Shown here: one piece after another, positions 10,224 to 20,906 of the stretch
Numbering within the stretch: position 1 is the first letter of the stretch
Layout of the letters: every line of letters starts with the position of its first letter
Origin: an uncultured archaeon
GTDB lineage: Archaea > Asgardarchaeota > Heimdallarchaeia > Heimdallarchaeales > Heimdallarchaeaceae
Assembly (NCBI GenBank): GCA_964534625.1
Contig: CAZHRF010000007.1
Coordinates: 1 to 64,000, forward strand
Direction: 5' to 3'
DNA length: 64,000 nt
The notes under the pieces: model-generated
Told to the model about the DNA's origin: nothing
Seen by the model: the letters and a program-made list of their open reading frames with translations, nothing else
The model's database searches: none
Position numbers and translations under genes: made by a program

Positions 10224-13200
10224 ATGTATAAAAACGAAAATAAATTTGTTCACTTATTGGAGACCTATTTAGTTGATAGATTATCCGGTAATGATAAAGA
10301 ATATGAGTTTATTGAAGGGACAAGAAAACCCTCAAATGAACTAATAATTGGGAACCTAGGGGATAAAGATGAGGAAGAATTACATCTCGTGACAACTAAA
10401 ACCAAAACAAATTCAATCCGATTGAAATTTTTAACAAAAACAAATAGTTCAATTTCTATTCAAGTGAAATTCTCACTTTATTATCAAGCTTTTCCATCTT
10501 ATGAACGATTTTTGACTAAAATAAGAAATAAAATCCTAAATACTTTTGAATTATCAAATAAACCAGCTTTATCCATAAATAATATTATTGAATTTCTAGA
10601 GAACGAAGAATATGGTAGTCTTAATCTTCCTGTTGGCTGGAAACGTTTGGATGTTACTCCTCAAAAGATTAAATTCGACATTTCCAATTCTTTTTCAAAT
10701 GCAAAACCACATTTTGATGATGCTATAAAACAAATTAAAGATGATCCATATAGTACTGGTTCTTCTTTTATGATGATAAAAGAGGATTTTACAATACCAT
10801 TATCAAACATTAAAACAGAGGAAGAATATATTGATTTTATTCAATCCATTAAATTTGATATGCCCATGTTGAATTGGCAATTGAAGGTTCAATGTGAAAC
10901 ACGAAATTATAAAAAACAAAATTGTGATGAAATCACGTTAACCTTTCTAAATGATACATTATGTGATAATTCTTATGAAACTTTCATGTTTAATTTTAAT
11001 GCTCATATTGATCTAAAAAACAATGAATTGTGTCCTTACTGTTTTTCTTATGAATATGAAGGATATAATGAATCCTACTCAAATTATCTCCAAACAACTA
11101 ATTGTGATGCTAAATATGATGCAGAATTAAATACAATTCAAACAAGACATTATGCTAGGTTTGAACAGCCTTCTATTATTCCAAAGACTGATTTTACGGA
11201 TTTAGCTGGAAATAGTTTTTCTCTTAAATTTGAAGATTTATCTGATGATTCTACAATTGATCGTATTTTAGATAATTTAATTGATCAGATGCATTCCTAT
11301 TTGGAGTTTTACAAAAAACAACCCCAATACCAGAATGATGAGAAGTTTACAAATTATACAACTTGTTTTTCAGTTAATTTTGAAAGAATAATGGATGGTG
11401 TTAAATTAATTAAACAGAATAAGATAATTAGGCAGTCATTTCAATTGTTAAATGAAACATTTAAACAAGCAAGTTCTTACGATAGTTGGAGGGTCTTTCA
11501 ACTATGCTTCATATTGATGCTTATTCCTGATATTGTTGAAAAAAAATCTAGAAGAAATATTACTGAAGTTTTGCATGTACAAACGGGTGGGGGTAAGTCT
11601 GAAACTTATTTTGGATGTGTAATTTTTTCAGCCTTTTTTGATCGCTTAACTGGTAAAAATTTTGGACTAACAGCCATCACAAAGTTTCCATTGCGTATGT
11701 TATCTATTCAACAATTACAGAGAATTGCAAGAATAATGATCTTTGCTGATAAAGTCAGGAGAGATTATGAAATAGACGGCGAGCCTTTTTCTGTAGGTTA
11801 TTTTGTAGGTAATAATATTGACTTTCCTGGTGATAATTGTAAATTAATAAAGGAGATCAAAAACAAGCAGATTAAAGGGAAGATAATCGAAATATGTCCG
11901 TTCTGCAAAACTAACAATGTAATTTTGAGTGTTTCTGAGGAAGAAATGACCATTTATCATAAATGTACAGACTGCAAAGAAAAGTTTAACTTGTTTTTTA
12001 TTGATAATGAGATATATAGAAAAATACCCACTTTTATTGTTTCAACAGTTGATAAGCACTCATCAATATCACGAAACAGGAGGTACAGGAATCTTATTGG
12101 AGGAAAGTTGGATAAATGTCCAAAAGGTCATGGTCTTATTCCACATGGGGATAAATGCTCATATGTAAATGAAATAGTAAATGACCGAAAAAACAAGTGT
12201 AATGAAACTGGTGAGAGAGTAAATATTGATTTTTCTACAGCCCCTACCTTAATAATTCAAGATGAAATGCATCTTATCAAAGAAAGCTTTGGAACAATAG
12301 ATTCTCATTTTGAAAGCTTAATTGAAGTAATGCAGCAAGAAATGAGTGGTTATGGAATAAAAAATATAGCCATGACTGCAACTATATCTGGTGCGAACCA
12401 TCAGATAAAGCAGCTATACAATAAACAAACAAATATTTTTCCTTCAAAATCTCCTTTTGGAATGGGAGATAATGATTTCTTTCATGAACTAATTGAAGAA
12501 CATGGTAATGTAAAACTTCAAAGGATTATCCTAGGTTTAAGACCAAATGCTAGAGATAATCAATTTGCTTGTTCTTTGACACTTAGGCATCTTGCAAATT
12601 TTTATTCTGATATTGAAAATAATAGGTCTGAATTTTGTAAAAAGTACGGTTTTAATTATTCTGTGCTAGATAAGCTTCTTGAAAGATATAAATCTGGACT
12701 TACTTATCATAACAAAAAATCAGATGTTCATACAATGGAATATTATTTACTTGATGTTGTAAACTCGCATTTGAAAAAATCAGTTAAAGTACAAGGAAAA
12801 CCATTAACTGGTGATAACTCTTTAGATGAAATTAAAGAATTAATTGAAGAAATTGAAAATGCTAATTTATCTAAACAAAAAGACCTTATTTTTACGTTTG
12901 CTACAAGTGTCGTATCACATGGTGTTGATATTGGAAAATGGAACATAATGGAATTTCAAGGAATCCCAAGATCAACAGCAGAGTATATTCAGTCACTTAG
13001 TCGAGTGGGTAGAAAGAATCTAGGTCTAGTATTATTGTGGTTTTATGGTAATAGAGTCCGAGATGTATCATTTTATCACAATTTTTCAAACTACCACGAT
13101 ATTTTGGAACATCATGTCAATAGTATTCCTATATCTAGGTGGGCAAAACTTGGTGTGGATCAAACGTTTCATTCTGTTTTTTGTGCATCAATAATCAACT

Positions 13201-13571
13201 TTTTTGCTGATAAATATAATCGACCACTTTATACAGTTGATGCTGTAAATGATTTGTTCAAACAAGATTCAGTAATTGAAGAATTAATTGATTTTATTAA
13301 AAAAGCATATCATGTTAATGAATCAAATCCAAAATCACATTTTTTGAATGATTATATTCCAAGAGAAGTAGAACAACGATTAAAGGCCCTCAAGACCCGT
13401 AATTTTAGTCGTAACTCAAGATACTTTTTCCCCATCGCTTTAGATTCTTTATCTAAACCCTTATATCGTACTCAGTATGGTATGCGAGGAATACAAGATG
13501 AGCTCATAATAAAACCCAGTAGTGATGATAAAAAGTTTGTAGAAGAATATCTAAAAGGTGAGAATAAGTGA
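10224..13571 (+). CDS. drmA: DISARM DrmA-like SF2 helicase
   Basis: QTGGGKSE Walker A, PLRMLSIQQLQR, TVDK, QDEMH, TAT, SHGVDI, EYIQSLSRVGR; 1115 aa; followed by DUF1998 and PLD genes. Confidence 0.85.
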   Translation: MYKNENKFVHLLETYLVDRLSGNDKEYEFIEGTRKPSNELIIGNLGDKDEEELHLVTTKTKTNSIRLKFLTKTNSSISIQVKFSLYYQAFPSYERFLTKIRNKILNTFELSNKPALSINNIIEFLENEEYGSLNLPVGWKRLDVTPQKIKFDISNSFSNAKPHFDDAIKQIKDDPYSTGSSFMMIKEDFTIPLSNIKTEEEYIDFIQSIKFDMPMLNWQLKVQCETRNYKKQNCDEITLTFLNDTLCDNSYETFMFNFNAHIDLKNNELCPYCFSYEYEGYNESYSNYLQTTNCDAKYDAELNTIQTRHYARFEQPSIIPKTDFTDLAGNSFSLKFEDLSDDSTIDRILDNLIDQMHSYLEFYKKQPQYQNDEKFTNYTTCFSVNFERIMDGVKLIKQNKIIRQSFQLLNETFKQASSYDSWRVFQLCFILMLIPDIVEKKSRRNITEVLHVQTGGGKSETYFGCVIFSAFFDRLTGKNFGLTAITKFPLRMLSIQQLQRIARIMIFADKVRRDYEIDGEPFSVGYFVGNNIDFPGDNCKLIKEIKNKQIKGKIIEICPFCKTNNVILSVSEEEMTIYHKCTDCKEKFNLFFIDNEIYRKIPTFIVSTVDKHSSISRNRRYRNLIGGKLDKCPKGHGLIPHGDKCSYVNEIVNDRKNKCNETGERVNIDFSTAPTLIIQDEMHLIKESFGTIDSHFESLIEVMQQEMSGYGIKNIAMTATISGANHQIKQLYNKQTNIFPSKSPFGMGDNDFFHELIEEHGNVKLQRIILGLRPNARDNQFACSLTLRHLANFYSDIENNRSEFCKKYGFNYSVLDKLLERYKSGLTYHNKKSDVHTMEYYLLDVVNSHLKKSVKVQGKPLTGDNSLDEIKELIEEIENANLSKQKDLIFTFATSVVSHGVDIGKWNIMEFQGIPRSTAEYIQSLSRVGRKNLGLVLLWFYGNRVRDVSFYHNFSNYHDILEHHVNSIPISRWAKLGVDQTFHSVFCASIINFFADKYNRPLYTVDAVNDLFKQDSVIEELIDFIKKAYHVNESNPKSHFLNDYIPREVEQRLKALKTRNFSRNSRYFFPIALDSLSKPLYRTQYGMRGIQDELIIKPSSDDKKFVEEYLKGENK

Positions 13572-15403
13572 CAGAGGTAAAATTCCACTTTCCGGGTAAT
13601 AGTGCTCTTTTTAGAGCAACAAAAGATCTTATATTCGTAAAAGGTAAATTAGCTTTCAAAGTCAATTATCTCAATACAATTGACTTTGAAGAGAATGATG
13701 CTGGTAACTATAAACGAATAATTGATAGGATTTTTTATCTTATTAAAAATAATTATAATAATCGGATAGAAAAATATAATTTATCCCTTAATAAGATTGA
13801 TTCCAAAGAAAATTTAGAACTTAAAAAACTCAAATTAATAACATCAAAACCAGGAGAAAGTAAAGCATCGACTTCAGGATATGCACAAGTTTTTCCTAAA
13901 ACCTTTGTCTGTGATAAATGTAGTGATTTCAAAGTCGAATATAATCTTAATGATATTTCCAAAAACTGTCAAGTAACTGGATGTAGTGGTATCTACAAAC
14001 AAGTATCTGTTGTTAAATTTTGTGAAAAATGTGGTCATGTAGACCAGCTTTTTTATCAGTGTCAGAATAACAAAAAACATAGGGTAAAATTATATAGAAA
14101 AAAAGCCGATGATTTAACAACTTGGTATTTTCAATGTGCAACATGTAAGGGGAAAAAGGTTGATATTTTGGGTTTTAGATGCTTTCATGAAGACTTTGTT
14201 AGTAAAGTGAAATTATTAGATGACAAAGCTTCAAATTTTAAACCTTTAACTGTACGCGAGGGAGCAATATTTATTCCTTCAGTTTATACAATGGTAGATT
14301 TACCTTCAAGCAACAAGATTACTGATCAAGCCCTAAATTATATTTCATTGGGTCTAGCTCAAGGTTTAATTAAGGATGAACAAGGTAACATTCGATCCTT
14401 GGAAAGCATAAATGGGGACTATGAGCTTTATAATAGCTCTCTTGCAAGGAAAAGATTTGGAAAAGATATGAGTGACCTTGAATGGATGAAACAGTGTAAT
14501 GTGTATGAGATTGAACAAATAATTCAAGAATTGAAAGATACAGTTATAGATAGCAGAAATTTAAACTATTTATTGGATTATTTATCATTAGCTAGTAATA
14601 TATCAGAAGATCATCTTGCTCTAAATTTTTCCAACTACCTTTCCACTATTGTTGATGATAAAGAAAAGCAAATTAAAACAAAACTTTATCAAAAGATGAA
14701 AGAAGACTTAAACATTGATGAAATCACGTATATTGAAAATGTGAAGCTGTTAAACATAAATTATGGGTATATCCGTGGAGTAAATAAATTCTATGAAGAC
14801 GGCTTTAAACCACATTTTGAACCAAATTGGTCTAACAAATTTGATTCTGAAAATAATAAATTCGAAGCTTATGTTTTTCCCTTTGAAACCGAGGGAATAT
14901 TAATAAGGCTTGATATGGGTTCAATTCTTAAATGGTTAGAGAAAAATAATATTAGGTCTTTCACAAAAGATGAATTAGATAATCCTGGTTTAACCATATT
15001 AAAGCTAAATGATGATCTTATAGAGGATTTTGTTTTTCCATTATTACATACTTTATCTCATCAAATAATTAAACTATCATCTGATTATACAGGAATAGAT
15101 ATTGACTCGCATAGTGAAATTATATATCCTAGAAATGGAGCCATTTTTATTTTTTCTTTGAATAATGTGAATATTGGCGGATTCAAATATTTATTCGAGA
15201 ATGCAATATTTGAATTATTTAGAAAGGTAAACACTACTATAGATAGCTGTATATACGATCCCCTATGTACTAATTTAAAGGGTGCTTGTTTTTCATGTTT
15301 ATACTTATCTGAGCATGTATGTAGGTATTTTAACCAACGATTAGATCGTGATTTATATAATGCTAAAAAGCGTTTTAAGGTGGGATTTTGGGATGTCTCA
15401 TAA
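13568..15403 (+). CDS. drmB: DISARM DrmB-like DUF1998 protein
   Basis: LLHTLSH...CIYDPLC...GACFSCLYLSEHVCRYFNQRLDR DUF1998 signature; N-terminal CxxC clusters; overlaps the drmA stop by 4 nt. Confidence 0.85.
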   Translation: MTEVKFHFPGNSALFRATKDLIFVKGKLAFKVNYLNTIDFEENDAGNYKRIIDRIFYLIKNNYNNRIEKYNLSLNKIDSKENLELKKLKLITSKPGESKASTSGYAQVFPKTFVCDKCSDFKVEYNLNDISKNCQVTGCSGIYKQVSVVKFCEKCGHVDQLFYQCQNNKKHRVKLYRKKADDLTTWYFQCATCKGKKVDILGFRCFHEDFVSKVKLLDDKASNFKPLTVREGAIFIPSVYTMVDLPSSNKITDQALNYISLGLAQGLIKDEQGNIRSLESINGDYELYNSSLARKRFGKDMSDLEWMKQCNVYEIEQIIQELKDTVIDSRNLNYLLDYLSLASNISEDHLALNFSNYLSTIVDDKEKQIKTKLYQKMKEDLNIDEITYIENVKLLNINYGYIRGVNKFYEDGFKPHFEPNWSNKFDSENNKFEAYVFPFETEGILIRLDMGSILKWLEKNNIRSFTKDELDNPGLTILKLNDDLIEDFVFPLLHTLSHQIIKLSSDYTGIDIDSHSEIIYPRNGAIFIFSLNNVNIGGFKYLFENAIFELFRKVNTTIDSCIYDPLCTNLKGACFSCLYLSEHVCRYFNQRLDRDLYNAKKRFKVGFWDVS

Positions 15404-16223
15404 AAGCAGATATGAAAAAATCATATTTAAAACACTGTCAAATATTCCTCCAGAGGGATTAGGAAAAAAGGAGTTATATAGGATACTAGTTGAAAAAAAC
15501 ATAGATAAAATTGAGTTAAATTTAGTTTTGGATTATTTAAAAATAGAAAATGTTATCTATTTTCAAAAAAATAGTGATGAGATTATTATAAATAAGAAAT
15601 CAGCAAATTGGCAACAGTTTTTATCCAATTTGAAACAGAAAAAAGAACCAATTAATAATATTGGCCTCGTTTTTAATTTCCCTCAAATGGATAAGTTTGG
15701 TCTATCTTCAAAATTTAAAATTAATAATGTTGACATTGTAGTTTTATCAGATTGTTTTAAGGCCCTTTTCAAAAAGGCAAAATCTAACATTAAAATAATA
15801 TCCCCTTTCATAGATATTCGTGGATTAAAACGTTTTTACAAAACATTGTCAAATAAGGCAAAAAATGGGGTCAAAATTACAATACTAGCGAGAGACCTTA
15901 CAAATTCCACTAATAGTCGTAGGTTTAGAAAACTCAAAAAATTTATGGAAAATACTAGTCCTAAATTGAATAATATGTTTAGGTTCTATGAGTACCACTA
16001 TATAAATGGAAGAGGTTTAATATTAAGTAGTATTCATTCAAAGTTAATTATTGTAGATGGTAGACATTTTTATTGTGGTAGTGGAGAGATAAGAGAAAAT
16101 TCCTTTACCAAGAATCTTGAAAATGGTGTTTGTCAATATAATACAGTTCATGCAAAAAATTTTGAATTAGTCTTTGATTATCTTATTTCTATATCAAATG
16201 AAATTATCTGGGGCGATTACTAA
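15393..16223 (+). CDS. drmC: DISARM DrmC-like phospholipase D family nuclease
   Basis: IISPF and a single HSKLIIVD (HxKxxxxD)...GSGE motif; likely start ATG 15393 overlapping the drmB end (ORF track gives 15348). Confidence 0.8.
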   Translation: MSHKSRYEKIIFKTLSNIPPEGLGKKELYRILVEKNIDKIELNLVLDYLKIENVIYFQKNSDEIIINKKSANWQQFLSNLKQKKEPINNIGLVFNFPQMDKFGLSSKFKINNVDIVVLSDCFKALFKKAKSNIKIISPFIDIRGLKRFYKTLSNKAKNGVKITILARDLTNSTNSRRFRKLKKFMENTSPKLNNMFRFYEYHYINGRGLILSSIHSKLIIVDGRHFYCGSGEIRENSFTKNLENGVCQYNTVHAKNFELVFDYLISISNEIIWGDY

Positions 16224-18853
16224 TGATGTTTATTGATAATTTGTTTATACAAAATGAAAATTGGAAAACAGGTTCAGCATTTGAAAGACTAGAAAATATT
16301 AGTCCTTTAACTAAAGAAGTTTCACTTTCGGTATTTAAAGCATTAAAAAAAGATTTCAATGTTATTATATCATACCCCGATAACATTTTTGCTCCTTTAT
16401 CCGTAATTTGTGGTTATTATGCTGATTTATCAAGATCAAAACAAAAAGATATTATGGTTTACTCACATAATAATAATGCAAAAATCGATGAAAACCCCCA
16501 AAAGTTTCATATTCGTAATTTTTCTAGATTAACATATTATAAAGCATTTTTATATGAATGGATAATACCATTTGAGTATAACGAAAGTGATAATAGTCTA
16601 ATCTATTGTGCGAATCTAAATTTGATAAAAAACCGCAAATATAAGCGCGAATTGAAGAAAAGGCAAATAGAAGCTATTTGTAATGATAAAATTCCTAGTA
16701 TTATCTTTTCAGGGACAGATACACCATTAAATCTAACTCAAATTGACTGGTTAAAGATCGGTAATAGAACCCATGAACACGAATTAAAATTCGATTTTGG
16801 GTTAATAGTCTTTGAAAATATGGATCGCTTAATACATAATGAGTATAATATGAATATCTTTTTGGAATGGTTGAACAATATTACAAAAAAAGAAACAAAA
16901 CTTCTTTTTCATTTTTCTAATCCATATAATAAATTCATTAGAGAAATAAAGGAAAAAACCAATTCACTACTCTATCATTGTAGTATGAGTTTTTTACATA
17001 AACAAAAGTCATATTTTGAGAATGTTTATCCTCAAACTATAAAAAGCAAGAAATTAGTTAGGAAATATAACTTAGATTCTCCAGATACATACGAGGCTTC
17101 TAATCAAATAATTCCTTTGAAGCCAATAGCTACTTATGATTTTGATAAGCGGTTGAGAAAGTGTAGAAATCTGTTTTATAATTTAAAAACTACATCGGAC
17201 GATTTAAACAAAACCAACTATTATTCCATTAAACACTTATTGTATACCATAAAAAATATGGCTGTAAAGCCAAAAAACTATACGGTTTTATATTATGATA
17301 AATACAATGATCATTATTATTATATAACGGTAATTGAACTGCTTAGAAAACTTAAAGCTTTACTAGCGGATAAAATTTCATTTGTAGAGTTTGCAAATGA
17401 ATTTGAATCTTTGGTTGAAGATTTATCAATTAGTAAAGATATTACAGATCCGAATTTCTCAAATCCAAAAACAAAAAATAATGCATTGGTTGATTTTACC
17501 TTGAAAATAATTAAGTATAGACTTAACTTATTAGAGTTAACCGAATATCCTCATTTGAATGCATACCTAGGTAATTTTGTCGACAAAATTCAACCTGTAA
17601 AAAATGTAAAAGATTATTCAGTAATAATTGGAGTTCAAACATCACGAGAAAGAAATATGCTTTATGCTGATTTTAATTCACTAGCGATGGCGCAAGAAGG
17701 AAATATTGATTTAATCAAACGAATTAAAATATACAGTCTGAAACAACTAACTCATAAAAGATTCATACCTCATAATGTTGATTTGTTACTTACAGGTTCA
17801 TTAGCTCTAAAGAATTTTCAAGAATACTTTAGAGGTTATGATAATATATTTGTCGTAAGCTATAAAGGTAAAGATTATGATTCAATATTGGAACATATTG
17901 ATATTGTTGAAAGAATTAGACCAGAAGAAAATAGACAATCTTTGAGATACATACATGAACTAAAGCAAAAGACTAAAATGAAAAAACCTGATTTCCTCGA
18001 AGAATATGATTTAAGTGAAGAAAAAATCTCTATTAGAGCTTTAATGAAAAAAGAAAGTAAGGACATTTATGGGCGAGTGAGAGATATGGTTTTAACTTCA
18101 CCAAAATATTCTAATGCAAAAGATCAAGAGGAAGAAGTCAAAGAAATTGAAACTATAACAAACAAAATTTCACAATCTAATGATGATATTGATGATTATG
18201 ATATGATTATAAGTCTTGAAAATATGGATAATGGTCAAGCTAAAACTATTAAGGTAAAAGAGAATTGGTCCTTTTTATGCGTTAAGGATAAAAAGGAAAT
18301 GAAACTAGAAGAAAAAATTGTTGATGAATTAACAAATGGCGACTTTCTAATATTATTAGATCAAGATGAGAAAAGGAGCTTTTTTGATTTTATAATTGAT
18401 ACATTTAATTTGGAGGAAGGTGTAGATGTAGAACTTGTTTCCTCTTGGAAACATATTCTTGATAGATATGTAACAAATAATGAAGAAGATTCTTCTTTAT
18501 TATATCAAGAATATGAAAAATTGTGCTGCGAACATAATTATGAGCCAAAACATATCAACACATTTAGAAACTGGATTAAAGGGAACGTAATAGGAACTAG
18601 AGATCCAGAAGATATCTATATATTGGGTTTACTAACTGGCAATGAAAAACTTGTAGACCAATATAAGCATATTCATAAAGAAATTGAAGAGCTTTGGAAA
18701 ATTAGAAGGCTAGTTGGAAAGAAAATAAATAAAATTGTTGGAGAACTTCTTGGAGGTAGTTTCAACCAATATGATTTAAATTATGAAGAATCTATTATTT
18801 ATGATAAAATTACTATATACAGTATAACTAGTTTAGAGCATGTTGAAGAGTAG
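16223..18853 (+). CDS. DrmE-like protein (class 2 DISARM accessory), 876 aa
   Basis: Coupled to drmC (TAATG); degenerate helicase-like N-terminus; C-terminal HINTFRNWIKGNVIGTRD resembles the DrmE C-terminus as I recall it; size fits. Confidence 0.55.
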   Translation: MMFIDNLFIQNENWKTGSAFERLENISPLTKEVSLSVFKALKKDFNVIISYPDNIFAPLSVICGYYADLSRSKQKDIMVYSHNNNAKIDENPQKFHIRNFSRLTYYKAFLYEWIIPFEYNESDNSLIYCANLNLIKNRKYKRELKKRQIEAICNDKIPSIIFSGTDTPLNLTQIDWLKIGNRTHEHELKFDFGLIVFENMDRLIHNEYNMNIFLEWLNNITKKETKLLFHFSNPYNKFIREIKEKTNSLLYHCSMSFLHKQKSYFENVYPQTIKSKKLVRKYNLDSPDTYEASNQIIPLKPIATYDFDKRLRKCRNLFYNLKTTSDDLNKTNYYSIKHLLYTIKNMAVKPKNYTVLYYDKYNDHYYYITVIELLRKLKALLADKISFVEFANEFESLVEDLSISKDITDPNFSNPKTKNNALVDFTLKIIKYRLNLLELTEYPHLNAYLGNFVDKIQPVKNVKDYSVIIGVQTSRERNMLYADFNSLAMAQEGNIDLIKRIKIYSLKQLTHKRFIPHNVDLLLTGSLALKNFQEYFRGYDNIFVVSYKGKDYDSILEHIDIVERIRPEENRQSLRYIHELKQKTKMKKPDFLEEYDLSEEKISIRALMKKESKDIYGRVRDMVLTSPKYSNAKDQEEEVKEIETITNKISQSNDDIDDYDMIISLENMDNGQAKTIKVKENWSFLCVKDKKEMKLEEKIVDELTNGDFLILLDQDEKRSFFDFIIDTFNLEEGVDVELVSSWKHILDRYVTNNEEDSSLLYQEYEKLCCEHNYEPKHINTFRNWIKGNVIGTRDPEDIYILGLLTGNEKLVDQYKHIHKEIEELWKIRRLVGKKINKIVGELLGGSFNQYDLNYEESIIYDKITIYSITSLEHVEE

Positions 18854-18957
18854 GTTTTGGAACATTTTATGTTTTTATCCATTTTTTCATGATATTAGTA
18901 AACGTTGCTAATCTTTAATTGTAATTTTACATTAATTCTATACTTTTTCCAGCATTC

Positions 18958-19309
18958 TTCATTTTTTTCGTCTTTTCTTCTCCAAAAAATATTGCCGCTA
19001 TAGCCCCTATCCCTATTTTTGCTTTTGGAAATCTTTTTTTTAATGTTTAACACTATTTCTGACATATTCTATCCAATATGTAAATAATGACATAATCCCG
19101 ATTTCATCAGGTACGAAGCTATCTTCTTCTTTAAACAAAATATGATTTTCTCTTAGTTTTCCTTTTACAATTTCTACTTCATGTCCTTTGATCTCCAACA
19201 AAGCAGCCATTTTTAATAATCCAATTGGCAAAAAGTCTTTATGATTCTTACTTTTATGAGATGTAGGAAATTCGGGGTCTTCTAACAAATATTTCATTAC
19301 ACCACTCAC
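18958..19309 (-). pseudogene. Truncated and frameshifted third radical SAM paralog (N-terminal domain only)
   Basis: KYLLEDPEFPTSHKSKNHKDFLPIGLLK...SLFTYW; a 1-nt deletion at ~19041 creates TAA; homology resumes in another frame as KKRFPKAKIGIGAIAAIFFGEEKTKK and ends near 18958. Confidence 0.85.
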
Positions 19310-19418
19310 ATAATTTATTTCTATTTTACTTCTTCTATATTATTGATAAATGAATTGTCTCACAATGGTTTATGATTTATTTCTTGAAAAATACGATGGG
19401 GGAAATATATTTACTTAC

Positions 19419-20732
19419 TCAATACAAAATACTATTATGTATTAGATGATCTTTACAATCTATCTCTTTATAGTTTCTACTGGGATCCCAAAATGAAATT
19501 TCATGTTTATTCAAGAAATCTTCTTTTTCCATTTTTTTATCTACATCAAAATATTTTTCCTTAATTTTATATTCTTTTTTTTGTTGTTCAAATGTTTTAA
19601 TGTGAAACTCTAAATCCATTCTCACACAAATATTATGCCTTCTGACATTTTTTCTGAATTGTTTTATAAGTATATCAGACCAAATTGGTTCATGTATATA
19701 ATAATCCTCCTTGGTTTGCCCAAGCTTCCTTGGATTATACTGATCATATTCCTGATCTAAGGGTCTATATCTACAATCAGCGATTTGTACTTTCCATTCA
19801 AAGCATTTTGCACGCTTTTTTTCCATTTCATTAAAAGGAATGTCATAATTATAAAGCATGAATACTTCTAGATTCTTACTATTGTAACCCGCTTCTTCTA
19901 AGATGTCCAATTGTTTTTTAATCTGTTCTGCTTGCTTATATCCCCAATCCCATGCAATTCGTACTTGGCGAAATCCAGCTGTTTTAATTTTGGTTGCCAA
20001 TTCTGGATCTTTTCTAAGCAGTCTCCCATCAAACCCACTTTGAGATTCACACCATTTTATTGTCTTATCTTCTTTTAATTGTATTAGTTCATCCAATATA
20101 TCATGAATATGTGGGTTTTGTAGGAAATTGTTGTCATAGAAAACTAGTTTCTTTTTGAAAATTTTCTTTTTTATTGATTTTTCATAACTTTCTACTGGTT
20201 CAATGATCCATACTCCACAAAATTCGCATTTTCTAAAGCAACCTCTTTGTGAATGAATAATTTGGTAATCTACTTCTGGAACGTATTTATTATACATCTG
20301 TTTCAATTTATATCGTGGTATCTCTTCTGCTTCTTTCATAATAGTCTTGAAAACAGAATCACAACCTGTAAGCTTTTTAGTCTTTTCTTTTCCAAACAAG
20401 CTTGCAGCTATTCCACCAACAACAATTTTGGAGTGCGGATATTTATTTCTGTGAACGGAAACACATTCTTTAACATAAGAGATCCAATAGGTGAATAGCG
20501 ATGTTATCCAGACTTCATTTGGTATGAACTCTTTTGGAGTTTCATTATTTTGGAAAAAGTGGTCTAATGTTACATATCTATTATTTTTATCATTCATGAC
20601 AATTTTTACTCTATTACCTTTTAATTCTAACATTGCTGCAAGTTTTAATAAACTTGAAGGTAAGAAGTTTTTATGTTTTTTACTCTTAGTAGGAATAGGG
20701 AAGTCTGGCTGTACGAGTAAGTATTTTTTCAT
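19419..20732 (-). CDS. Cobalamin-binding-like domain + radical SAM protein (paralog 2)
   Basis: RGCFRKCEFC; long identical blocks with 8420-9817 (WCESQSGFDGR, RIAWDWGY, EMEKKRAKCFEW). Confidence 0.85.
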   Translation of the reverse strand: MKKYLLVQPDFPIPTKSKKHKNFLPSSLLKLAAMLELKGNRVKIVMNDKNNRYVTLDHFFQNNETPKEFIPNEVWITSLFTYWISYVKECVSVHRNKYPHSKIVVGGIAASLFGKEKTKKLTGCDSVFKTIMKEAEEIPRYKLKQMYNKYVPEVDYQIIHSQRGCFRKCEFCGVWIIEPVESYEKSIKKKIFKKKLVFYDNNFLQNPHIHDILDELIQLKEDKTIKWCESQSGFDGRLLRKDPELATKIKTAGFRQVRIAWDWGYKQAEQIKKQLDILEEAGYNSKNLEVFMLYNYDIPFNEMEKKRAKCFEWKVQIADCRYRPLDQEYDQYNPRKLGQTKEDYYIHEPIWSDILIKQFRKNVRRHNICVRMDLEFHIKTFEQQKKEYKIKEKYFDVDKKMEKEDFLNKHEISFWDPSRNYKEIDCKDHLIHNSILY

Positions 20733-20906
20733 GGCACATCCTAGTTATATGTGACGATGTCTTTTTAGGAAACAAGAAAACAACTGCCATTTTATTATCT
20801 ATCAAATGTTTCTAGAATCTTTTTTTTAGATTTATAGTGTGTATATTATCTATTTGTACAATTTTTTGTAGAAAGAATTATTAATATATTAAAGAGACGA
20901 ATATAT

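Noticed and set aside
10224-16223. Dpd (7-deazaguanine) system dpdJ/dpdK
   Set aside because: Helicase and DUF1998 are separate genes as in DISARM, and no dpdA/TGT or preQ0 genes are present
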